DNA from: Microthyrium microscopicum
Taxonomy: Eukaryota
Direction: 5' to 3'
Assembly (NCBI GenBank): GCA_010405405.1
Contig: MU004238.1
Coordinates: 1,561,530-1,625,529 of the forward strand
Length of the DNA: 64,000 bases
Both the position numbers and the translations under genes were made by a program. This document shows, in pieces, positions 13,563 to 25,718 of the stretch. Within the stretch, counting starts at the first letter, position 1. Each line of letters opens with the position of its first letter. The notes beneath the pieces are model-generated. The model saw only the letters and a list, made by a program, of their open reading frames with translations. It did no database searches and was not told where the DNA came from.

Positions 13563-16500
13563 CTAGATAGCATCTGCCAAAGATATCCAGCCAACAGCCG
13601 AGTAAGGAGCGAGCATAATCGCTCTTTGTCCATCCTTAGGGATCCCAGTGCCCGAGTACGCCGTGGCCAGCTCCGGGGCAGTCATTGTTCCTCGTGGCGG
13701 AATGCTTCTCTTTGATGTGAGAAGCATCATGCCAGCCGCATACTCATCATTTGTTAAGTCCGCCAAACGTGACCAGCCTCGAGCAGCATATGGCGCACTC
13801 ATAATCCCTTTGTGTATCGCACGTAGGGCAGCCTTCTCTGCCTTGACATCGTCAGTGCGAGAGAGCTCACGTATGCTTTCCAGGACACGTTCAACTCGCT
13901 CAAGATCTCGCGCGCTAATATCGTCACGAGTGCGGAGAGGTTCAAGCTCTTGAACAACTGCTTCAGTTGTGTCCTTGTCACCTTCGATGGCGCCCATTAT
14001 GCCCAAGAGGATTGTTGCGCCAACGTGATCGGAGCCTTTGTTGATGACATCAAATAGCTGTTGTTTGGCTACATTGCGCTCATCTTCTCCGCCTTCTGCC
14101 CAGAGCACTTCTGCAACAGAGCAGGCAACGTTCGGTGAGTCGTCGGTGAGTTTGAGAGCCGACTTGAACGATTCGAGTGCGCCGTTCATTTCTTGTGAAT
14201 AATACTGGGCTAGACCTTGAGTCAGGAGACCGGAGAGCTGAAGCTTTAGCACGGAATCCTTGGAGATGACGGAACCAGCGTCAGGTAATAGACTCAAAGC
14301 CGTCTCCACCTCTGATAGAGCATCTGCATAGTTGGACACTGCAAGATAGTTGCGTGAGAGATCGGACTTTGCTTGAATGAACTTTTCCAGAGTCTCAGGG
14401 GACTCCGTGTCCTCGTATGCAGCCTCCAGCTTCTCACAGACTTCTTCAAGAACTGTAATGGCTGCAGTATAATTGCCACTTCTCTCGTGATATAGGGCCA
14501 GTAGATGATCAAAGGGTAGATCCAGTCCATTGAGAGCTCGCAACTGTTGGAGAGCAAATACAGGTTGAATGGCCTGCAGATCGTTAGGTTTCGCAGTAGC
14601 CATAGCTTGGTCGAAGGCGGAGGTGGCGAATAGCTTCTTTACTACTGGTGTTGAGGACTCGGATATCTCGAAAGCATGTGTGAAGTGAAGTAAGGCCTCC
14701 TTCTCGTTCCCAATTAGAAGAGCAATGATGCCTTCTCCTAGCCATGCGTGCGAATATTCTGGATCGGCAGACTGGGCACGCGAAAATGCTAGATGAGCAA
14801 GCTCAAAATCATTCTGAAGGAGATACAGAGTACCCAGATTTGACCAAGCTTTGGGATTACGCTCGTTGAGATGGATACTTCTCACGAAAGAATGTTGAGC
14901 AACCTTTGGGTTCAGTTTTGTAGTTGCAACTCCAAGAGAGTTCCAGAACTCCATGTTACCAGCTTCCAGTTCGATGGCTCGCTTGAAACATCGCATTGCA
15001 GCTTTGGCATACTTTAAAGATTTATTTGAACTCTTCAACTCGTCTGATCTCTCCTCAAGGCAAGTGTGAGCTCTATACTCTGCCCATCCCAGATTATACC
15101 AGGACACTGCTTGTGCATGAATATCGTCAGCAGCACAATGAAGCGCTCGCTTTTGTGCTAAGATGGCTGTTTGCGCCGCGAATTGAACTCGATCGAGGCC
15201 CTCTTCATCTTGACATTTCAAGGAATCTAATGTATCTTGGCTCACGCTGTCAACTTCGGAAAACTGATCGTACTGTGAAGTTTCGAAATCATGTTCAAGT
15301 AGCTCCACAATTTTCTCCGTCGGCATGCGAAGTGTTCGATCTTGAACCCAAGAAAAGATAGAGCAGGCATCAGCGACAGCTTTCCATAGGTTGAAGGCTT
15401 TTGGCTTCTGTTTTGCAATGTTCAGTGCGACATCAAGACTCTGTGATGCGCATTCAACTGCACGACCAAAGAAGCCGGTGTCAACACTTCGCCAAGAATA
15501 TTCGATGAGCGTTTGCATTAACGCAATTTCGACACCAAATTCTGTTTCGCGAGTATCCAATACTTCTCGATAAGCCTTGATGGCTTCTTCGTAGGCTCCA
15601 AGCTCTCGGCTGACGTTCGCCAACATATACTTGGTGAACCAATCTTCGGTAGACTTTTTCATCTTGGTACCGTCTTCGGGATTTTCTGCATGGTTGAATG
15701 TTCGTAGTGCAGAGTTGTATCGACCTGAATTGTGATAGCTCTCGCCTAGACCAACAAAAGAATGATAGTCATCTGGACTGATTCGGAGTGCCGCAAGGAA
15801 AGAGACAATAGCTCTCTGATAGTCCAATCGACTCATTTGCACAACTCCGATGGCAGAATACGGCCAACTCAGTCCTTTTCTACTCGATCCCGGTGGAGGG
15901 CGAGCTTTTCCTGCATCAATGACACGTTGCGCTACTACTTCCACAACGTCCCAGTCGCCTTGATCCGCAAATGATCGAGCAAGTCGTTCGGCTGCTACGA
16001 CTTCAGATGGGGAAAGATCGAAAGCTTTCTGGAAACATTGTCTCGCTCGTTTCTTATCCCTTCCATAGTCTTCATAAAAGATGCCAAGGCTGGTGTATGC
16101 TGGAGCCAGATTGACATTGGCTTTGACCGCGGCGAGGAAGTGCTTATACGGTCCTTTCCGGTCCTTGCGACTTGATCGAGAGGGATTCAGGTCCCACTGG
16201 CATTGCCCGATTCGGTATAGGGTTTCTGCTTGAAGCTCTTTGGATGCTTGATCAGTAACTTTGATCTTTTCAAGATTATATTGCAGCTTGTCCAGTCCTC
16301 CTTGAAGATCGCCATTCAGTGCTTGTACCCAAGCGGCCTCAACCGCGACCTTGACATTATCTGGGTCACGAATAGAGGCCTTGGTAAGATATTCGAGAGC
16401 GGCAGGATAATTTTGTTCTTCCTCGAGAACTAAGCCAACGCCAAGCAAGGCAGGAGTGAAGTTTTGTTTCCGCTTAAGAATTGCTTCAAACAATACCTTG

Positions 16501-17850
16501 GCTTCGGGATGATTGCGGGGTGATTGATATTTGATCAATGCTGTAGCGAGCGTTGTGTTCATCGCATCGAGGTTGTTTTGAAATTTTAATCCAGACTTTC
16601 GACTTTCCGCTTCGCTAAGCTTCACAGCTTTCCGAACAGTCTCAACGGCTCCCTCATATTCTTCAAGATGTAGAAAATATTCCGCGACGATGCGATAAGT
16701 TAACGGAGAGCTCTTGGATTCCAATAAACCATCATTCATCATCAACAGTCGGTCTTCTGGTTGGAGGATAGAAACGCCACCGCCACCAAAGTCGTCCTCA
16801 TCTGAGCTTTCGTCAATTGTGCTGACAGGCTTGAATATCGGGAATGGGCTGATTGGACTCGTCATGTAGGCATTCAACACCTTGGTGAGGCCTGTATCAG
16901 GAAATAAATCGACATACTCGCGGATGGTTAACACATCTATTTTACCGACAGTGTCAACGTCCTGCCATTCGAGTTCGATGTTCCAGGCTAGTTCGTATGG
17001 ATGTTTGATGATCACCATTCCGTGAGCCAACTCTTGAACTTGAGCTCTGAGAGCCGCTTTCTTGTCCTTTCCAACGACAAGAAGGTGGTCATAAATCCGT
17101 TGAAATCTCTTCTCTTCGAATTCTCGTCGTTGAGCATCATCTTGTGTCCAGTCAATGAGTCCTTGGTATAGCTCGAGTAGATTGCTCTTTTCGTAAACTT
17201 CTCGCTTCACATCAGTGGTGACTTGCTCTTTTCGAGCGCCAATGCGCGTTCTTCGTTCCGAAATTTGATTCTTAATTCTGGCATCTTCCTCTTCTTCCGC
17301 CAGCTCGATGATACGATTGTAAGTATGGGCCGGTGGTGGTAGGCGACCTTCCAGATACGAGTAAAGTGGACTGGTAGGCAGCTGTAATTCCAAGGCTCGT
17401 TTTTGTTGTAGTTTGTTACCGGCTTTTCGCGCAAACGTCAATATCTTATCAACAACGGTTTGACAACGGTCAAGCTTATCCTCGCTTTCGTATATTTGAG
17501 CTAGTTTCACAGAAGCATCCATGAACTGGTCGACTTTTGCTGAACCTTGGACTTCGTACACGGTTGTAAGTCCAACCCAAGGCACATCTTCTTCAGGCTT
17601 GATTCGGGTCGCTTGCATGTATGCTTTCTCAGACTCATCGTACTTGCCTATTTTATCGAGCGCACGACCTAGAAAGGTATGTCTGATGAATGTTAGAAGA
17701 ATTTCGTGTAATGTTAACAAATGAATCTTACCCAAAGAAACTATCTGGATCATTCTCGACAACTTCTTTTGCTTTGCGCGCTGCTTCATCATATTTTTTG
17801 GCCTCCAAGGCTGATCGGACAGCCTTCAAGGCCACTTTGTTTGACGACAT
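13563..17850 (-). CDS. SKI3: Superkiller complex TPR protein Ski3
   Basis: About 1400 aa TPR-rich protein. First exon MSSNKVALKAVRSALEAKKYDEAA (ATG 17850), intron about 17682-17731. Motifs RARQCFQKAFDLSP, RCFKRAIELEAGN, AQHSFVRS. Confidence 0.9.
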
Positions 17851-18263
17851 GACTTCTGCTTCAAGGGGGTTGTAGAGGTAAAGAAGCGATGATGTAGGAG
17901 ATTGAATTTAGCAAAGTGTGCAGGTCATGATGAATGTGTGGCGATACACAAATCAGAAATTCCAGCTGCTTTTCCGCTGAAGTACCGCTCGGAAAATCTG
18001 AAGACTGATTTGGATTTTTACGACATCAAGTCATCATAGGGTGGGTCTTGATGGTCTGGTTCAAAGGGTGAGATGTGTTTGTGAAGGAAGTGGGGGCTGC
18101 GATGATGAGAGGGAGGGTCTAGTAAATTCGTAAATTGCCCCACATTAAGCAAGAGATACCAGAAAATAGTAATGAAAGAAAAGTTGAAACAGACTTTAAA
18201 CTCAATGATAACGCGTTCCGAGAGAAAGGAGCAAAGGTAAATTGGGTACATTATTTGGGTATC

Positions 18264-18721
18264 TTATTTGGTATGAACTGAAGCCTCTTCTCCCATGATG
18301 CGACTCTTTTCAGCTTCAGAGAAGAGACTGGAACCTTGCTGCAATGCAGAGATGAGAATAGGTAATGAAGAATCTTTGAAGTCCACGGCCGATCGGATCT
18401 TGTCCAGGTCTTCTTGTAGTTCCATGGTGACTTTTCGAAGATAGAAAGCATCAAAGTCTGAGTTCCTGCTTTGGTCAGGATGAGAGTCCTGAGAACCGAG
18501 GTCAGATTTTGTAGAGGCAAAGACAGAAATAGACAGTTGCATTACCTGAAGTTTGAGTTCTGCCTTGGGCTCATGATGCATATCCTCCTGCCCAGCGGGT
18601 ATGGCGTCCTTTTCTAAAAGACGTGAGATGGATACAATCTGGTCGCAGCCATACTGCACTTACCAGTCGCTTTATGATCTTGCTTCTGCTTCTTCTGTTT
18701 CTTGTTTTTGTCTTTCGTCAT
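18264..18721 (-). CDS. RSA3: Ribosome-assembly protein 3 (Rsa3) family
   Basis: C-terminal FDAFYLRKVTMELQEDLDKIRSAVDFKDSSLPILISALQQGSSLF matches Rsa3. Basic first exon MTKDKNKKQKKQK followed by a GTAAGT donor. Confidence 0.75.
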
Positions 18722-18878
18722 GACGAAGTATCTACTGTGGAGAGGTAGATGTGCTATGAAAATTGGGAGAGAAAAAAGTTGAGGTTGTCAAAATCCCAGA
18801 ATGGAAAGACTAACCGATCATTGAAAGTAAGAACCAGACAGATCCCTGCAGGACACGACACGTCTTCCAACCACCACG

Positions 18879-18884
18879 ACGCGT
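18879..18884. promoter_or_regulatory. MCB box (ACGCGT) in the divergent RSA3/ECO1 intergenic region
   Basis: Exact ACGCGT about 80 bp upstream of the ECO1 ATG; ECO1 orthologs are MBF-regulated G1/S genes in yeasts. Confidence 0.5.
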
Positions 18885-18964
18885 CTTAACTTTCGACTAC
18901 AAGATAAAATAATTGACCACAACACCACATCTTTGGCTCGCTCTCATAATAACATGCAACCGCA

Positions 18965-20110
18965 ATGACAAAACGCAAATACGGCTCCCGCGCAGCCTCA
19001 CTCCCTAGCGCAACCTCGTCTTCCCCCAAAAGACGACGCGTAGAGGACCCGCAACCTCAACCAACGCGACGGCCTACTCCCCAGCAAAAAGTCAAAGTTA
19101 CCCAACAGACATTTCTCCAGTCATGGCTCAAGAAACCCATTGAATCTTCCTCTCCCGTTCCATCATCGCCAATCGCCAAGCTCTCAGACACACCACCCTC
19201 GTCTCCTCCACCAGCAGACCCACAACTCTCACCAGAATCGCCCGAATTTCTACACACGCGCAAACCAACATTCTCCTTCCTTCGCCGTCCACGCTCTGCC
19301 CCAGCACCTCTTTCACAATCTCCCTCCACAGGCAATAAACCGGCGGCCCCAAAGCAGCCGGACAAAGACCTCAAGCAGCTGGCTATTGATCTCGGTGGGC
19401 CAACAACGATAACATGTACAGAATGCAGTATGAGCTACACGCCATCACAGCCTGGCGATGCGGCTCTCCATACTCGCCACCATGCAGCTCAGCTAGGCGT
19501 AATTGATATGTCGCCAGGCCTGTATGCTGAGGTAATCAACGAGGCAGTTTGGCGCGACAAGGCGGCGGACGAGTGCGTGATTCGTGTAGGTCGACGCGAC
19601 AAACAGGCCCTACGTGCATTTGCGGAGCGCGTTCTGGCGGTTGCATCGCAGGATCTTGGGGCCGTTGTTATTGAGCAAGCGCGATTATGGGGGGAGATAC
19701 AGCTCAGCAAGGGATTCAAGGAGGATCGATATAGGTTCTTTCTGTTCTTAAGAAAGAGGAGGTGCGTGGGGATGGTCCTTGCGGAGCGCATTACGCAGGG
19801 CTTTATGGTTGAGGATGATGAGACTGTGCTGGAAAATGGAGAAGACAATAGATCACAGCGACCCCGGACGCTCAAGATTGGACAAGAGGCGTGTCCAGCG
19901 ACCTTGGGCATATCGCGAATCTGGACATCTACCTCTGCGCGCCGGCAGGGAATCAGTGTCAAGTTGCTCAATGCTACACGCTCACACTTCCAACCGATGA
20001 TAACAACTAGTCGATCGAAGATGGCCTTTAGCCAGCCCACAGAGCTCGGCACTGCAGTAGCACGTAAATGGTTCGGGAAGAAGAGCGATTGGCTGGTGTA
20101 TTCAGACTAA
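18965..20110 (+). CDS. ECO1: Cohesin acetyltransferase Eco1/Eso1
   Basis: QLAIDLG PIP-like motif, C2H2 finger CTECSMSY..DAALHTRHH, GNAT motifs LGISRIWTSTSARRQGI and AFSQPTELG. Confidence 0.92.
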   Translation: MTKRKYGSRAASLPSATSSSPKRRRVEDPQPQPTRRPTPQQKVKVTQQTFLQSWLKKPIESSSPVPSSPIAKLSDTPPSSPPPADPQLSPESPEFLHTRKPTFSFLRRPRSAPAPLSQSPSTGNKPAAPKQPDKDLKQLAIDLGGPTTITCTECSMSYTPSQPGDAALHTRHHAAQLGVIDMSPGLYAEVINEAVWRDKAADECVIRVGRRDKQALRAFAERVLAVASQDLGAVVIEQARLWGEIQLSKGFKEDRYRFFLFLRKRRCVGMVLAERITQGFMVEDDETVLENGEDNRSQRPRTLKIGQEACPATLGISRIWTSTSARRQGISVKLLNATRSHFQPMITTSRSKMAFSQPTELGTAVARKWFGKKSDWLVYSD

Positions 20111-20196
20111 CGATGGTATATATGAACAGTAACGCTCTTTATGAAACAACTTATGAACAGAATAATCCTAAGCAAACAATGATCAGCCCCTTATCT

Positions 20197-23100
20197 TCAC
20201 CACCCCGCCCGTCTCACCCCTCCTTTCTTGCGCTCTTTCGCACTACGTACTAACCAACCCCGAGCAGCTGCTTGGAAGACAGTCACGTCCTTCTCCAGCG
20301 CACGGATCTTGCCGTCAAGAACACGTCGCCATGCGCGCTGTAAGACAGTGGCTGCGGCAATCACGCGATCTCGTGCGTTTACTACTGCTGCACAGTGATT
20401 TGCGAGACGCATGAGGTTGATTCGGCGGTGTATTTCGCGGCGCTTGAGAACGTGTCGATAGGCGCCTTGGATCACGCAGGCAGCACGATGGCCACGAGCG
20501 GCAGGTAGGAGGCGTGCGGCGAGGAATGTTAGTGCAGTGAGCGTAAAGTCTCGAGTTGGTATCACGGTCTGTGGACCGGAAAGTAGAGCGCTGAATGCAG
20601 TGGAGCAGCCGACTGCGCGTAATCCTGCGGGCAGATCTGTGCTGGGGGAAGTGACGCCCAGGTATCGCGTGTACTCTGCGAGGATGGCGGAGAGGGCGCC
20701 GGGGCCGGCGAAGGAGGTTGTTAGGTTGGCGATGCGGAACGAGTGGAGGGCTGCGGTAGCTTTGGACCATTGGAAGAGCATGTGGTAACAAGCTGAGCGA
20801 GATGTTGGCTCGAGAGCGGATATGTCGTCCATGGTCTCGTCAAGGGTGTTGGACTTGCGGAGTGTGGTATGGGCGGCGGCGGTTTCGCGCTTGAGGAGAG
20901 GCCAGTCGATGAGGGTTTCCATAGAGTATTGGCCGAGCATGGCCCAAAGGAGACTGAGTGTCTTTTCACGGTGGCCGTCGACGATGTCGAAGGCTGATAT
21001 ATCTTTGAGAAGCTTCTCTGGCATGCTAGACAGGCGAACCATGGCGCTGACGGCTACCATTGCGTTTTGAAGTTTATGAGTTCGGCTAGGACATGGATAT
21101 TTGAGATGCTGGGAGAGTGTCCATAGTGCAGAAGAATTGGCAGAGCTAATAGAAGCCGCGTGATTCGCTCCTAGGAGTATTTCGACGATTCGAGTCAAAC
21201 GGACTCCATCCCTCAAGTCTGTGGCCAGGTTTTCGACGTGGTAGGAGTACTCCTCCAGAGATTGCTGCGAAATGGACACTTCGTACTTTAAGTGCTTGAG
21301 TGGACGCATCAGGTCCCCGTATGAAGGGAGAAGTAATGCTCCTAGAGCCTTGACGACATCTTCTGATGATTTGTGCGGTGAAGAGGATTGAAATAGACAT
21401 CCTGATATCAATCCCTTCGACTTCGCCATATCCAATACCAAGACGAGCATCAGGCTTCTAATCACGGTCCGTCGCCACGACCATATCGGAGAGCCAGCCT
21501 GCTCATTCTTGTCTCGTGCTAGCGCAGTAATTGTGTTATTCCCAGCTTTGGTGAGATTAACATCATTATGCTGCATGAAGAACAGATCGATATAGCGTTC
21601 GATGGACTTCTTGTCAGAATGATCTGCGGTATGCAACTCCGACTTTGACTGTGTGGACGTTCTTGATTGAACAACTTCACGCCCTGTGATTGCCTCTGCG
21701 GCTGCTTGTAACGCTTTCAGGTCGTAAACCTCCATGAATGTATCAAGGAAGGTTCGACGCTGGCCTACATCATCTTTCAAGCGTATTGATCGAGCGAGGA
21801 GCTCTTTGGGAACTGTAAGGGAGCCGTACATCAAGGAAGCTTGAAGTCTTTTGTTCAGATGTGCCATCTCAGGATCGTTATAGAGCTTGATGAAACTGGA
21901 TCTCATCGTATTGAGTGGTATTGTTTCGCCGCGCTTTGGGTTTGTCGCATCGAAAAAGGCGTTGATCAGTTGAGTCATTGCAATCTCTTGATGTTCAAGC
22001 CAGTTCTCTTCATACAACTCCGGATGTGCAAGATCATCTTGGAAGACAGCAAATTGCGTATTCAAAGCTGTACTGTGATTAAGAAATGTGACCTTCTTGT
22101 TGCGATTTGACTGGGACTGAGACTGGTGTATCGAAGATTGTGAGGCCGGTTCTGTATCTGGGACTGGTTTTGGCTTGGCTGGCTCTCCCACAACATACAT
22201 GACGCTCTCGTCTGCATTGCTTCGGGCATGACTAGCGAGGAAGGATTTTCGTATCGCCGGCTTTCGATATGGGACTGGTTCTTTGACTGGTTTCACCATA
22301 ATCTTTTCGCCGCGTCTAGGAACTGCATGCGACATTCTCCGATTCGTCGACACCGCTCCCAACGCCTTCCGCCCGTTTGCCTGCCGAGTCTTCTGAGGTT
22401 CAGGAGCCGGCTTGCTCAAGATATCAACCGTCTCATCTTCCCCTACTGTTCCCAAATCAAAACTCATACCCAGCGCCCGCTGCTTCACCGCCGTAAACGC
22501 CATCGACTTGCGCTTCGGTCTCCGCGATAAATCCACGCTCTGCTTGGGCTGCGTCTGTCCAGCATCTTCCTCCTCCAGAACCATATCCATCTGTTCCAGC
22601 GATACCGTCAACCCCTCAACATCGCCAATACCCGGCGCCACACTACTCCGCCGACGCGGCTTTTGAAGCGAAATAGACCCCCTTCTAAGCGGCTTTTGCT
22701 TCGCAAGCGCAATCGTCTCGGAGCCCCCATAAGTGTCATCTTGCTGACTACTCGACGAGCCAGGATGTATCGTCATAACAGTTGTATCATCTGGCACATA
22801 GATTGTACGTCTTCGCCCTTCTCGGCGGCCCACTGATGCTTCTTTCTCGCGTGCCGCTTGCGCAGCTAGTCGGTCTGCTAGGATGGCGGATACGGGTCGA
22901 CGGCGGATGGCGCTGGGTGCGCGTGGGAGGTCTAGGTGAGTTGTGGTGTTCTCAGTATTACTGAGACTTTGCGACTCGGCCTGGCGGACTATGTGTACTG
23001 CGGCGCGCGGACGCCGGTTGGGAGAGTTTATGCGGTTGAAGGTGTTGGTGCCGTTGACTGTGAGTTCGGCGAAGGCAGCGGCGCGACGGGGTGCGGAAGA

Positions 23101-23277
23101 TGCATTTTGCCGGCTGTAGGAATGGAGGTCATCGCGGGCTTGAGAGACGAGGCCTTGGGGTGCGTTTGGAGCGTCGTTGTAGGAGGAATATCGTGGGAGA
23201 TTGAGGGTGACTGTGGAGTTGGAATCGGGACGACGGTGAGGACGGATGGGTGGCGCGGATAGATAGGTTGGATTCAT
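20197..23277 (-). CDS. ASPM/Asp-like calmodulin-binding protein (Sha1-like; CH domains plus IQ motifs)
   Basis: CH-domain motifs YHVENLATDLRDGVRLTRIVEIL and DIVDGHREKTLSLLW; C-terminal IQ motifs (ACVIQGAYR, ATVLQRAWRR, FQAAARGWLVR). Confidence 0.85.
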   Translation of the reverse strand: MNPTYLSAPPIRPHRRPDSNSTVTLNLPRYSSYNDAPNAPQGLVSQARDDLHSYSRQNASSAPRRAAAFAELTVNGTNTFNRINSPNRRPRAAVHIVRQAESQSLSNTENTTTHLDLPRAPSAIRRRPVSAILADRLAAQAAREKEASVGRREGRRRTIYVPDDTTVMTIHPGSSSSQQDDTYGGSETIALAKQKPLRRGSISLQKPRRRSSVAPGIGDVEGLTVSLEQMDMVLEEEDAGQTQPKQSVDLSRRPKRKSMAFTAVKQRALGMSFDLGTVGEDETVDILSKPAPEPQKTRQANGRKALGAVSTNRRMSHAVPRRGEKIMVKPVKEPVPYRKPAIRKSFLASHARSNADESVMYVVGEPAKPKPVPDTEPASQSSIHQSQSQSNRNKKVTFLNHSTALNTQFAVFQDDLAHPELYEENWLEHQEIAMTQLINAFFDATNPKRGETIPLNTMRSSFIKLYNDPEMAHLNKRLQASLMYGSLTVPKELLARSIRLKDDVGQRRTFLDTFMEVYDLKALQAAAEAITGREVVQSRTSTQSKSELHTADHSDKKSIERYIDLFFMQHNDVNLTKAGNNTITALARDKNEQAGSPIWSWRRTVIRSLMLVLVLDMAKSKGLISGCLFQSSSPHKSSEDVVKALGALLLPSYGDLMRPLKHLKYEVSISQQSLEEYSYHVENLATDLRDGVRLTRIVEILLGANHAASISSANSSALWTLSQHLKYPCPSRTHKLQNAMVAVSAMVRLSSMPEKLLKDISAFDIVDGHREKTLSLLWAMLGQYSMETLIDWPLLKRETAAAHTTLRKSNTLDETMDDISALEPTSRSACYHMLFQWSKATAALHSFRIANLTTSFAGPGALSAILAEYTRYLGVTSPSTDLPAGLRAVGCSTAFSALLSGPQTVIPTRDFTLTALTFLAARLLPAARGHRAACVIQGAYRHVLKRREIHRRINLMRLANHCAAVVNARDRVIAAATVLQRAWRRVLDGKIRALEKDVTVFQAAARGWLVRSAKERKKGGVRRAGW

Positions 23278-23813
23278 TGTTGATATTTCATGCTCCTGAA
23301 AATATTTCTTGGGATCAATTCCGGTGTTTTAGGAGAGTAAATGGAGTTTTGGAGTTCGGTGGAATGGTGGAGATGCATTAGGGGGCAAGGATTGTTGCTA
23401 AACTTTGAGCATGTTTCCATGGAAACCGCGAGGTTGAGAAAAATTGCCAAATGGTTCACACGAGACGTATCACGTCCTACAACTTCTCAAGTCAAGATCA
23501 AGAAGCTTTTGTCAGTAGCGGAAATTCAAGTTTTTCTTGTATAGCTAATATAATATTTAAGCTGGAATAAAGAAGCTCAGATGGAGCAAAAGGATATCTA
23601 AGAACAACGCCATGCCTTTCCCGAAACAGAAGGCGAACGAAGTCTTTCTAAGTCTGCCAAACAGCCCTTATGTGCATGAAGTGAGGAAATCTAAAGCCGC
23701 TTGCGAGGAGTCATGATGAGAAAAGCAGCGGGTACAACGAAAAGATCAAGTCCCGAGTCCCAAGTTAGCAGCTAGCTTGAAATTTTGTCGGCAATAAAAA
23801 GTGAGGCGGAGTT

Positions 23814-25169
23814 TCAAGGTGACTCGATGACATCTCGAAGGACCTGATTTTCTGCCAACATCTGGAACCATCTCTGGGCCAATGGCACGTAGTCGTTCTG
23901 ACGGTCGAGAGCCTTAGTCTCTTCCAGCTTTCTCGACATGACCAGGTCCTGGACTTCACCACGGATTGATAGTTGTTCTTGGATGAGCTGTTGACGGAGT
24001 TCGATGAGTGATGCGACTTCATCCGCTTTTGCGAGAGTCTCCGCGAATGAGGGGGTGAGAATTGCAGCTTCGATGTCGGACTTGGTAATGTCATGATTTG
24101 GACTGGTGCCTGGGATGCTTGAATCGGATGATATGTCGATCAGTGATTTCCATTCTGAGTCAATGGTGTTGAGTTTTTCTTCAGCTGAAGAGATGAATTT
24201 GAGATTTTGGATGAGCTCGGTTCTCTTATCGTCGTAAGGATCCTTGAGCAACGCGAGAAGATTGAACTCGATGGACTGATCGGCGCAGTCGGCCATTCTG
24301 GCTGTGAGAAGAGGGGCGACTTCTTGAATCCAGTCGTCAGTCATTACGTCGGCGAATTTTTGCGGATTATTCTGAAGACCATCCAGAGCCCAGATATTAC
24401 CATCGATAGGCATGTATGCAACGAAATGGAATGCATCTTCTCCCTGTGGTATCTTTTTCTTCCTGCTGTTGGCTTTTCCTCCAACTCGGCGCTTCTTTCT
24501 ACTTTCGGACCATTTTTCCTCCATCAGGGCGTCGGCATTGATCATGTCGATCTTTCGGGCATACAAATTGTGCGCCGTCTTGATGAATCGAGAGTTGACA
24601 ATTGCGTCGCCGCGATAAGCAGGCGTAAAGAGCATCGTGTGCTCACGCAATGTCCGCATGGGAGCTCCAAGATCGATCATGGTGGGAATGTTGTTGACCA
24701 TGTTTGTTAATGCCACTGTAGCGCAGCAATTCTCTGCCACTTGATTGGCAAACCAGATGTTGGCAGGGCACTTCCCTTCCACCTCACCAGAGACCAGCTC
24801 CGGTGAGTACTGGAAGAGGAAGATCAGGCCGAACACTGGTTTGGGCAGGAATGCCAGCTGGTCCTCGTCCAAGGAGTAGATCTCCTGTAGTTTGGCTCCT
24901 TTTACTCCGAGTCCACGGAGGAGATTGTTGAAGATGGCAGGGTCGGATTCTATCTCGCAGAACCCTTGCCAATTTGACTTTTCCTCCAGGGACGCCGGAG
25001 CGTATGGAGCTTCGAAGCTGACCTGCTGGCTAGGCAGGCCAGTTCGGCGACGTTTGACTCCGGCGACAGGAGTTGGTTGCTCTGCTGGTGGTGGTGGAGG
25101 CGGCGGCGGAGGGGATGTGACCTTCCCGTTGGGTGGTGAGTTGGAGGTGAGTGGAGTTTCTTCTTCCAT
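23814..25169 (-). CDS. Ubiquitin C-terminal hydrolase, peptidase C12 (UCH37/BAP1-like)
   Basis: CEIESDPAIF, ANQVAENCCATVAL (catalytic Cys), FHFVAYMP (His), LDGL (Asp), and a C-terminal coiled-coil tail with RQNDYVP. Confidence 0.9.
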   Translation of the reverse strand: MEEETPLTSNSPPNGKVTSPPPPPPPPPAEQPTPVAGVKRRRTGLPSQQVSFEAPYAPASLEEKSNWQGFCEIESDPAIFNNLLRGLGVKGAKLQEIYSLDEDQLAFLPKPVFGLIFLFQYSPELVSGEVEGKCPANIWFANQVAENCCATVALTNMVNNIPTMIDLGAPMRTLREHTMLFTPAYRGDAIVNSRFIKTAHNLYARKIDMINADALMEEKWSESRKKRRVGGKANSRKKKIPQGEDAFHFVAYMPIDGNIWALDGLQNNPQKFADVMTDDWIQEVAPLLTARMADCADQSIEFNLLALLKDPYDDKRTELIQNLKFISSAEEKLNTIDSEWKSLIDISSDSSIPGTSPNHDITKSDIEAAILTPSFAETLAKADEVASLIELRQQLIQEQLSIRGEVQDLVMSRKLEETKALDRQNDYVPLAQRWFQMLAENQVLRDVIESP

Positions 25170-25718
25170 GATGAAAACTGGAGGTTGGCAAAATCAGAAA
25201 TTCCAGTGGCCTGAAGAGAAAAGAGAAGAAGAGGAGGAAAAGAGGATGGCCAGGTGGTTATATAGCTAAAAGTGGGGTCAGAGACCGAGAAGTGGCACAA
25301 TAGGAAGGATCGAATTGCTCAATACGTCCTGACTGTATTGAGCGACGAGTACCATATTATCCCATTGATGTGCATCTTGAATGGTAGACCAGGTGAGTTT
25401 TGATATATGCAATTGACTATTGTTCATCCAAGCTGCCTTTGCGTATTCGTTTCCATATTCCAGTCAGATTTGGAAGCAGTCCATTTCTTGCTTGATGCCA
25501 CTAAAAAATAGTTGATGGCATGAGGCAAGCACAAGGTCTTGGAGGATGTTTGTGAAGGAGCAAGAGGTCGTTTGGATGGGGGGTTGCATAACCAGACAGG
25601 GGGTTTGGATATCACCACTACGACTCCTGAGCAGTGAATCCAAGACATTCATTTTCAAAGTACCGGTTTTGAGGACATATATATTCATAAAGATCAATGT
25701 CAGTTGCTATTAAAGTGT